Of a stretch of 64,000 bases of DNA, positions 54,844-64,000 are shown in pieces. Under the pieces are notes generated by a model. The model saw only the letters and a program-made list of their open reading frames with translations, did not search any database and had not been told where the DNA came from. Source of the stretch: Epithemia pelagica (lineage: Eukaryota; Protista; Bacillariophyta). Both the position numbers and the translations under genes were made by a program. Position 1 is the stretch's first letter. Each line of letters starts with the position of its first letter. Where the stretch lies: positions 1,240,001 to 1,304,000 of the forward strand of contig OX337237.1 of the NCBI GenBank assembly GCA_946965045.2, read 5' to 3'.

Positions 54844-56139
54844 AACGTTTATGTCGTGCTATTTTATAAACCCTCGGTATAGGTGACCACCTATTAGTCG
54901 TATGTACGTCGTCCGCAAACTGTCCCCCCAATGGAGATTTTTTTCTCGATTCATATCCTATTTTCCATAAAAAATCAGAAAGGACACGCCGGCATTTCCT
55001 TGTCACATTTCAAATCAGTTTGAACGGCCCAGCGTGCATGACGGTTGCCGTTGGTGGTTGGTGTTGGTGCACGACACTCATAAAACAAACAAACCTCCAG
55101 TACAGCGGCCATGTCCATGGCAATTCTTTCAATGGCATGATTTTTCAGCTTCCATGCTACCCAGGTACGTCAAGAAAGACAGTGCTGCGATTGGGCTAAG
55201 AACAAGCATCTCAATAGTCCCTCCCTGTTGTTTTTGTTCGCATACACCCCTTGAGCCCCATTTTCTGGACTCGTTGCGACGTCTCACTTTTCACCAGTCC
55301 AATTTTGCTTGTAGTCTTTATGATTGATTCATTTGTAGCCCTTATACTCTGATACTAGTCTAGGTAGAATTCCTGTTCTATATTTTATCATAGGGGTAAA
55401 TATGAAGGTCAATGGTGGTGTCCTGCTCGACCAGGGATTCTCTTGTCTTTATTCTTCTCCTTCTCCTCGTCTTCACCTTGAAGAAGATACAGCAAACACT
55501 AAGAATTTGTCTCAGCGACCATTAGCCTAGAAAGAAAGTGGTGACAATCAGCCTCATGATGTAGTACTACTCCTACTCGTAAGAGTAAGAAGAAGAAACC
55601 AAATCGTCCCCAACCAAGAAGACAACTCGAACCATGGATGTGACAAGCCCTACAATCAGAATATGGGCGAAAACACTACCAATCTATAAATCCTAAGAAG
55701 AAACAGAAGGCACAAACAACAACTGAAGGAAAGACGCGCTCTGTCTACAGTCTATAATGATTCGTCCGTGGTTCATGTGCCATGGCCGATGGTCTTACCG
55801 GTACCGTGAAAGGGCCCTTCAGATTTTGCTCGCATGGTTTTTATGAGCTGTCGCTCGCGAGCGTCTGGAATTTGAATCGTCGCCCGCCAACCTTCAACTG
55901 TCACTTGCACGCCGGCCATTCTACATGACGATTTGCTTTTGGGAGATTTTATGGGGGAGAAGGACAGAGTTCTGTGCGGACGACGTACGTACGGTTTATA
56001 GGTGGTCACCGATACAGAGCCTTTACTTCTTTTTTAGGGGAATTTGATTAGCCACTTCTACAGGGGACTCAATTATGGGAATCAGGGGCCAAAGCGTCCT
56101 GTTTTCCGAAGACAGGTTTTTTTTTTCAATTTTATTGCG

Positions 56140-57084
56140 ACGTTTTCACTTCATTCAGGGGACGGTCATGGAGAAAGCCTTTGGTTTCATTGATGCTGCA
56201 AGTATGAATAATGCAGATGCAATCAGCGTCTTATTTTTTGGATATGTGGTCGGCACGTTTTTATATCCGACTCTTGCAAAACGGGAAATCAGAATACCAA
56301 CTACTTACAAATTCGCTCTTGGTTCAGGACTTGGAGCAATCGCTATTGGGTGGGCTTTATTTATGGAATATAAGATACGGGCTACTTTCGAGGCCACTGG
56401 AGAAAAAGTTAATATACTATGGCAGTCCGTTTCATATATTTTCATTGGTTGTGGCGAAATTTTTGCTGTATCTGCCGCATATGAAGTAGCCTTTACTGCA
56501 TCACCGCCAGAAGCAAAGGTGCTTGCCAGCGCTGTAAATCTCTTTGTATTGGAGGAATTCCCAACGTTTTGTGTATCTTTCTATATCAAGCTTCAAAAGG
56601 CTGGTTTCGTAGCATTTCGGGAAGTACAAGTATTTATCGCCTTGAGGAATATGTGACAGCTCGAATAGAGAACTATTTTTTTGTTCTTTTGTTGATTGCG
56701 TTACTTGGGGTTGCCGTCAATCTTCTTCCGTGTGTTCGGGACTTTGTGGCATCTATTGAAGAAAGGGCTAGTGATATGGTGAAGACGCCGGTAATGCGAA
56801 AGTCACCAAGATATCGAAGAAATCTGTCTCGTGACAACACTTCTGAGGATGAGGAATCACCATTGCTGAGAGTTAAGCGGCACCAGGCATATCTCAAGTA
56901 TGGTAGTGAGCCTGTGTTGTACAAACACGGCTCAATGCGAGCAGGACCTTCTTTAGGACAGACATCGATGAATCAAAAACACTTGAAAAAGAATATAATA
57001 GGGAAACTCTACAAAACTGGGGAAATTCCAAGAGTCGTTGTGAGCTCTGATGACCGCGGGTTATGTCTACAAAAGAAAAGATAG
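56140..57084 (+). pseudogene. C-terminal half of a POT/PTR2 (NPF) proton-coupled oligopeptide/nitrate transporter, 5'-truncated with a 1-nt frameshift
   Basis: Reads FIQGTVM..DAASMNNADAISVL..LYPTL..KFALGSG..ILWQ.VSYIFIGCGEIFAVSAAYEVAF..PPEAKVLASAVNLF. A frameshift at ~56544 leads into CIGGIPN..NYFFVLLLIALLG. No ExxERxxYYG N-half is found upstream. Confidence 0.8.
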
Positions 57085-57113
57085 TATCTAGTAATGATAA
57101 TGTCTATAAGCCA

Positions 57114-57509
57114 TTAGAATTGAAAGAGAGATGTCAAGATGGTGGAAGGCGACTTGAGTAGAAGGCCGTGTTGGTTCTCGTACACGAAAAGCTCATTTCG
57201 TTTTTCCATCTCACGAATACGTTGGATATCTGCTTCAAGAACCTCTTGTTCATGATGCATCAAAATGACGCTTCCAATTCCAGTAAATAAATCAATAGTA
57301 TAATCCACCTTAGAGCCAGGCTTGACTCCCGTTTCCAAATAGACAAAGGATTGAAGATTCTTTATTTCCTCAAACCCAGGAGTCGCTTTCACAACACCTC
57401 GTGAGTATGAGACTAAAATTATTTCTTGCCCGTGAGCTTTGAATGGACTCGCAGGAACTTCAGGCAGTCTTTCAAATTCTCGCTTGTCCAAAAATGCATC
57501 AACAGTTGC
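57114..57509 (-). pseudogene. C-terminal fragment of an ATP-grasp carboxylate-amine-ligase-like protein
   Basis: ATVDAFLDKREFERLP..PFKAHGQEIILVS..TPGF..LQSFVYLETGVKPGS.V.YTIDLFTGIGSVILMH resembles the C-terminal domain of this family. No ATP-grasp core lies upstream. Confidence 0.55.
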
Positions 57510-57807
57510 CTACTCCATCGCTACCACTCCAAACAGTTCAACATGCTCCAACCGGGGTTGCGGAGGCGGCTGAAGCTGCGGTGGCATCGACGAGCGTCGA
57601 AGTAGAGGAAATGATTGTAGAAGAAGAGGATGCAACACCTTTCACGCACCCGCCGATTCGATTTGATTCGATTTTTTACATTTTTAGAGCAGTGCGCAGA
57701 TCTAGAGCTGTAAAAATAAGTACACCCTTCTTTTTTATGAATATAGATCCTCCCAAGCATAGGGGATCCCCCTAAGCCAACACAGCCACACATAGTTCTG
57801 CCAGTCC

Positions 57808-59592
57808 TCAGCCCCGGTTCGACGGGTGGCTCCACGGCAGGTCTTGTAGGCAAGAAATGTCATTTAGGGTTCGGGCTTTGACATCAATACTCCATTCTTT
57901 GGATAAACTCCTTGTCGTTCTGCAATCATGCTTCCCACAGAAACCCCTCACCTTGTCTGCAGCCACTGTTGTCGGACTGAGGTACCACATTTCAATCGAA
58001 TCAAAGTAGTCATCCAATTTTGCTCCTCTGCACAAGCCTTCAAATGAATCAACAGTATTTTCATGATCGCTCACATGAACCTGTACACCAATTAGACGGG
58101 TTGTTCCCATGTACCACAAAATGTCAACAGCCGGGAAGTTGGGATCAGTTGGGACCATTACCCCACCCAATCCAACGAACTTGGAAGAGCCAGGAAGTGT
58201 CTTCCCTGAAAACCGTTTCGCATTGGAAGGGATTGTCGCTTGTTGAACCGATTCATCATCATTCACAGGGACATCAAACTGCCCCTTCATGCAACGTCGG
58301 ATGACAATCAACTCGAAGTGACGGCCCCGAGACCCTTGGTCAACATCGGGGTTCTTGCAAACTTGCAGAAGTTCTTCCTCGTGTTTTTCGATGTGGGCCA
58401 TGACATCATCCCAGAATTTTTCCATGTACACTTCCTCTACTAATGGGAACAACGGCTTGTAGCAGTGTTTACGACCAACTGGATTGTCCACAAAGTACTT
58501 CCTGTCGAAGATGGGTGTGGTAGTTGGGCTCTTCAAGAGAGTTTGGATGATTCCTGCAAGGAAATCAGGATAATGCCCGTCTTGTAGTTGTTCCATAAGT
58601 TTTTCTGCAGAGTTTACAATTGAATCGAACTGGGCCCGCATGTAGTGGTCTTCATTACTTTTGGCTTCCACAATTAGTCGATACATCTGCAAAGGAATTG
58701 CACCAGTCTCCTCCAGGGCCTTTGCCATCTCTCTCTGCGGAAAATGGGGGAACAATATCGTGGCTTCATCCACCTCCAATCTGATTTTGTGGTGAAAGTC
58801 TCTAAAGCCTTCATGGCCCTCCCGGTGGGAGATTTCGTTATTTGCTGAGGCACATATGATGGACATGATGCGTTTGGGCGTCATTAAACGGCCCATGAGG
58901 TTGTATGGGAAAGGTAGCTTGTGAACATCCTTGATTTGGTTGTAGTCTGGCCGCCCAAATATAGCATTTACTTCATCGAAAATGAAAATCCATTTGATGT
59001 TCCGTTTTTGGAGCATCTGATCAACAATACCAAGAAGACGAAGAGTCCAGGCTTCAGTGGTCATTGCATTGGCAATCTGAATTTGATCCGCCAGGTCCAG
59101 GGTGATACCGAACGAGGCAAAAACCACTTCCACGAAATCATCAATGCTTCCCCAGTCGTTGCAGTCTGGGAAGAACGTCACATGGTATTTGGGGCAGCTT
59201 TGAAGAAGCATGCAGAGGTTGACCAACGTGTGAGACTTCCCAATCCCTTGCGGTCCCTTCACCATGATCCCTGGTTTAAATGGTTTGCCAAAACAACTCT
59301 CAATGTCGTTTAGAAGTGTGCGGGTGATAACGGGGCGATACAACAAGCCCTTATCACTATCACTGAACCTCTCTGTGCGGAGCGAACGAGCCCAGTATGG
59401 CCGAGAGTGATCATTGGGAATGCGATAGATTCTGGCTTGTTCCGGATTATCAGTAGCCGCGCCAGTATCGGCTTCACTCATAGTTGCATCGACCCCATCG
59501 TCCCCAGGTGATGGCGTCGGGTAGAGAGCTTCTACAGCCGCTGGCAGTCTGGCTTGGATGATTGCGGCTGCAGCGATTACAGGGTCCTCCAT
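57808..59592 (-). CDS. Crinkler/RHS-type P-loop NTPase + restriction-endonuclease-fold (PD-(D/E)xK) protein
   Basis: Walker A GPQGIGKS, Walker B WIFIFDE and a sensor-like CASANN are followed by RGRHFELIV and the REase core PTDPNFPAVDILW...IGVQVHVSDH. Intact single-exon ORF. Confidence 0.75.
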   Translation of the reverse strand: MEDPVIAAAAIIQARLPAAVEALYPTPSPGDDGVDATMSEADTGAATDNPEQARIYRIPNDHSRPYWARSLRTERFSDSDKGLLYRPVITRTLLNDIESCFGKPFKPGIMVKGPQGIGKSHTLVNLCMLLQSCPKYHVTFFPDCNDWGSIDDFVEVVFASFGITLDLADQIQIANAMTTEAWTLRLLGIVDQMLQKRNIKWIFIFDEVNAIFGRPDYNQIKDVHKLPFPYNLMGRLMTPKRIMSIICASANNEISHREGHEGFRDFHHKIRLEVDEATILFPHFPQREMAKALEETGAIPLQMYRLIVEAKSNEDHYMRAQFDSIVNSAEKLMEQLQDGHYPDFLAGIIQTLLKSPTTTPIFDRKYFVDNPVGRKHCYKPLFPLVEEVYMEKFWDDVMAHIEKHEEELLQVCKNPDVDQGSRGRHFELIVIRRCMKGQFDVPVNDDESVQQATIPSNAKRFSGKTLPGSSKFVGLGGVMVPTDPNFPAVDILWYMGTTRLIGVQVHVSDHENTVDSFEGLCRGAKLDDYFDSIEMWYLSPTTVAADKVRGFCGKHDCRTTRSLSKEWSIDVKARTLNDISCLQDLPWSHPSNRG

Positions 59593-59768
59593 TTCCGAGA
59601 ACTAGAGGGGTTTGCTACAAATAGTACTGTTGCGGCTCCGTCGCGGCACATGCGTTCTCGACTCGAGACAGTAATACCTGTGTCGTTGGCTGGTTTCTTG
59701 ATGGAATCGGACTATTGATTCTCTTTGTTGCTTGTAGCGGTTGTGTGTGATGTAGTGAGGAATTCGTA

Positions 59769-62700
59769 CAGGGGTGTTAGTTTCAAAAGGCAGCAATATG
59801 ATTGGGTTAGAAATGTCGTTTCATAAAAAATCACTTAGGAAACAAATGTCGTTACAAGTGTCTTACCGTGTCCCGGGAACCCATCGAATCACGGACAAAA
59901 AACATGGAGGGAAGATTCCATCAGCCGATCCGGTCGGTCCTTCACGGTCGCCCATGGCATGGCCAAGTCGACCATTGCGACAAGTCCTCTTCTGACCATC
60001 TCATGACCCTTTTGAGCATGGTCAGAAGCCTGGAAAAGAGGATACACTTCAATAAGTTAGAATAACAAATAGAGATCATGAGTTCTGCAGCACAATTCAC
60101 AGCGGCCAAGGCCATGGGGCCACAGTCGCAACGATACGGAAATCAGTACTCTCGTTGGCCAAAGAAGAGTTGGAAGAAGCGTTCAGGTTGGAGAAAGATG
60201 GACCTTTCGGTCATCTTTGAGTCCGACATTGACTGCCCCATCTGCAGGGCCAAGGCAAGAGGAATGGCCATCCCTCATCGCCCTCACCACCCCAGATGCA
60301 GCAAAAACACAACAACAAGGGGCAAGGGAATGAACGATGGAAGAGGAGCAGAGGTAGTGGCCTCAGAAAAGGCCCAGGCTGCCCATGCCAAAGCAATCCG
60401 CAAGCAACTTACCAGTGCAGAGAGATTGTCCGCCTCCAATGTCACACAGGAGGCACTCAACACTTTCATGGAGCATCGTCCAAATTGCTCGTCGAAAAAA
60501 GCAACGACAAGAGACGCTGAAAATGAAAAAACACAATCAACTACGGAGACTACGGCAACGGAAAGTTCTACCGTTGGTGGCGAGGAAGGCGTGTATGTTC
60601 CAACAGCCGAAGATTTCAAGTTTGAGGTAATTATGCGTGTGACAGCAGTACCTACGGAGGTGCATGTCCCACGTGCTGTGCATGCGTTGGCGAGTTATGT
60701 GACCGACACGTGCCTTGGTTCTAAGCGTTGTGTTGAGAATTTGAAACCTTTCTTCACTAATATTACCGTTACTGTACCCCCCATTGCCGACAACACGAGT
60801 GCTTTGTACGACTCGATTGTGGGACAGGAACTCCTGGTTGTTGATTGGGAGCTGTTTTTCCCCAGTCACCACTTGCGTTGTCCTCGTTGCCGGGGTAATC
60901 TCCAGCGTACGCGATCGAACTTTTAAAAAACAAGTCCCTTTTCCCCATTTTCGCCATGTCTGGTCCCCCAAAGTATGCAATACTTATGGGATACAAGTGT
61001 GCCGGGTGCTCGGCTGCCTTCTATGCGAATGATGGAGAATTGCTCGCACGACTGCCTCCCTACATGGCTATGTGTTACCCAGTGGAATCCAAGTATGCTA
61101 GAGGAACATCGCATCTAGCTAAAGATGCTACGAGGATTATGGAAGCATCAATGGTAACCTATGGCAATGGGGATTACATCAGTCGGATGCTATATGAAGG
61201 AATCAACACCTACTATGAAGACAAGACAATGAGATACTATTCTTATTGTGCTGCTACAGGAAAAGAATCAGAAGACTACGTGCAAAAGGATGGTGAGTTT
61301 CTGGTTCGCTACCCACCTTTAGGCGAGACAATCCGCCAGCTATATGATGATGGAGCTAGCTCCGAATGGCAACCCTGGATGGTGTCGGACAATGAGAGAA
61401 ACACAAGAGAGATTCAAGGGGTTAGATGCCAGCACATGTTTGCTCACGACCACACCCACCAGGTAGTGAAAAATTATCCAAGACGCCTCAATGCAGCTGC
61501 AATGTGGACCATGGCAACAGAGGCAGGAGAAATTGCTTGTGCAGTGTTAGTGCACGACACATCAGCACTCGAGTTTGCACATGCTGCGGAACAAGTGCTG
61601 AGACGTACCGGGTTTTGCCCCAAGGTCATGTACTCTGACACATGGCCTTGTGGCAAGGATTTTTGGTTGTTGTTGGTTGATGACTTGGAGGGCCGTCTTG
61701 GCCTTTTCCATTTCATACAGAGGATCACCAAGACGCTCAGACAACGGCACATTGACTTTGGGATAGCCATGAAGGATTTGTTGGATGCAATCTACGAGTA
61801 CCATCCTGAAGACTTGGAGAAACTTGTTGGTTCTTTGAAAAATGGAACCATGTCAAGCTCCAAGAAACAATACACAGACGAAGAGATCAGTGAAATGATG
61901 GGAACAAAGACCTTTCGACAGAGGTACTCAAAGAACTTACGGAAGATTATTCGGGGTGGCGATACCATTGTCCTCAAGTTGGAGGAGTGGAAGTGCAAAT
62001 ACAAGTGCACTTCCACTCCTGGCAAGCCACCAGCACAAGGCCGATTGGATCCACACTCCAATCAACCTCTTTTTACGGCCGAAACACATCAAGCACTGGA
62101 AAACTGTAAAGAGAAGGCAAAGTTCCTTGCTGATCCCTTGCCCGTGGAGAAAATGTATCGTGAGATACCTCCATCACCAAGATCAAGCAACCAGCTGGTG
62201 GAGTACGTACCTTTGAGAGGAGAGAGTAAGCTCGAGAGCTTTCATGACAATTTGACGCATTTTGCCAACTGTGGCATGCGAGAAACTCTCGCAGATGCTT
62301 TGAATTTGGCAGGCACGGCCCAGTATAACAGGGCAATTCGTCACAAGATGAGAATCATGACGAAGTCTCAAGAAGAACGTTCAGTGGTGCCTGCAGGATG
62401 GGAAATGGTGGTGAGTTTTGGTAACGCATGCAAAACAAACATGATCAATATACTTGCCTCGATGTCTGGAGCTTCTCGTCCTCCCTTTCCAGAGGTTGAG
62501 AAGCTTCCAGAAGATACGGGAGAACGGTTTTTCTCCGAGTACCTGGAAACGAGAAAAGAAATCACGCAACAAGTTCCAAAGCATCCACTCAACGATCGAT
62601 GCCAGTGCCGAAAATGTGCGAGCAACAAGAAGAGGTTGCCGCATGACACGTCCATTCCATTGTTGGGTTTGGCAGAGGAGGAGTCAGAGGTCGAAGATGA

Positions 62701-63697
62701 AATCCAACAACAGGACAGCGAGGAGAATCCAGCCAAAATACAACAACCACAGACACAGCCAGAAACACAACAACAGACACGGCAAGAAACACAACAACAG
62801 ACACAACAACAAGAAACAGCACAAGCACAGGCAATCAGTAGCAATAAGAGAAAGGAAAGAGAGGGAGAAGAAAAAGAGAGCGACGATTTGGATGAGAACA
62901 ACACCAGCAACAAAAAGCAAAAGGTTACAAACAACAGCGAAGCCTTACCAACAACAACGATGGCAGCAACAAATCAATCAGCAGCGACAGTGCAGGATCA
63001 ACAACAACAACACAAAGAGCCTCAAAATGCAGCAAACAGCACACCTGCAATGGCAACAACAGCAAATGGGTTGGTGGTACTGCAATTGACAACAACAACA
63101 ACGACAACAAGACAGAAAAACCAACCTGTCAACCCGTACAAGCAAAATCAGCAACGGCCAACAACACTCCCCGATCAACAGCAATACCCCTTTGCATTCA
63201 ACAGCAATCCCCATGGCTGGGGTGGTCTTCAATCCGTCCCGAGATGCATGCCCACCTTTCCTCCATTCGGACCACCACCTCGTGTCCAAACCCAGTTCTG
63301 TTGCGTCAAGTACATGAAGTACTGCGTAGAACGAGGGAAAGGACGTCCACCCCATGACCGACGCTGCCTCAAACGAGCCTTGAACAAGGCACCATCTTCA
63401 TTCTCTTGATTGACCTGAATACCTGCATGACAAACAACAAAAAGAAAAATTCGTAGTGAGTAACATCGTAGCAAAAAGAATTATGACAAGATCTTGTGCG
63501 AGGTGCAAGCAGTTCCGATTGTGATGCGAAGCACAGACTGGATACGCCTCATCACATGCTACGTAGAACCACGTGAAAGGTCATCGGATGGTCGGGAGGA
63601 TTGTACCAGTGTAGAATGTCGTTTCAATAACAAAAAGGTGCTGAAACGACATGAAGGGCTTAATAGTTTTGGAGGGGAAGTGCCTTCTCCCCTCTGA
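59769..63697 (+). mobile_element. Mutator-like (MULE-related) DNA transposon; boundaries approximate
   Basis: The subterminal motif ATGTCGTT(T/A)CA occurs at 59813, 59846 and 63616, and inverted at 63642-63652, bracketing a transposase ORF. Clear TIRs and a TSD are not resolved. Confidence 0.55.
60078..63409 (+). pseudogene. MULE-related DDE transposase split by a 1-nt frameshift at ~60924
   Basis: N-part CPIC..HHPRC and RCPRC; ...NF* continues as KNKSLFPIF in the next frame. Candidate DDE residues are FAHDHTH, MYSDTWP and RGESKLESFH, with LGLFH at the MULE C/D-x-x-H position. It has a Q/T-rich tail and a C-terminal CC..C..PPH..C. Confidence 0.65.
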
Positions 63698-64000
63698 GGG
63701 AAGCTTGGAGCTTCCTAGAACATTTCATACGTCAGAGGAAACAAACGTGAGACTGCGAGCAATACGCGGATCGATTTCATGAAGGAATCTGACTTACGGA
63801 ATCTCCTTCTTCTCTCCTTCTCTCTCCCCCTCCTCTCCCCCTCTCCTCTGCCTTCTCCCCCCCTATTTTCTCCCAAGGCTGGGAGGAACTGGACGGCAAG
63901 CGGACGTGCCGACGATGGACGGACGTTTCGAGTGACGTCGACCAGCACTGAGCCAAGAAGTGGTGGCTGAAAAGAAAGCAAATCCAAGCAGGGTTGTGAA

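Noticed and set aside
63715-63987. CT-rich ORFs with signal-peptide-like or Arg/Glu-rich translations
   Set aside because: They derive from a low-complexity pyrimidine tract and have no other coding evidence.

Overview
This is eukaryotic nuclear DNA, most likely from a pennate diatom. That is an inference from short GT-AG introns, compact intergenic spacing, CAA/GAT-rich coding repeats, signal-peptide plus transit-like N-termini, and protein families typical of diatoms. Bases ~1-40.5 kb are gene-dense: an Alba/RPP25-like protein, DGDG synthase, a SnoaL/DUF4440 + 3x SH3BGR + TIP41 fusion ORF, a multi-pass membrane protein, SDF2, a sulfotransferase-like protein, a phosphohexomutase, eEF1B, PDX1, AsnRS, RPL7 and NAPRT. 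One internally deleted hAT transposon flanked by a 200-bp direct repeat interrupts this part. Bases ~40.8-64 kb are dominated by mobile or rearranged DNA: GAGTAC-motif MITE-like arrays, micro-rearrangements including an inverted triplication, a nearly complete tyrosine-recombinase (DIRS-like) retrotransposon whose pol may carry a cytosine-methyltransferase relic, a 1.1-kb foldback element, orphan 3' fragments of two convergent host genes, a Crinkler-type NTPase+REase gene and a frameshifted Mutator-like transposase. I could not support any rRNA, tRNA or CRISPR array. All family assignments come from motif recognition by eye; no database search was run.
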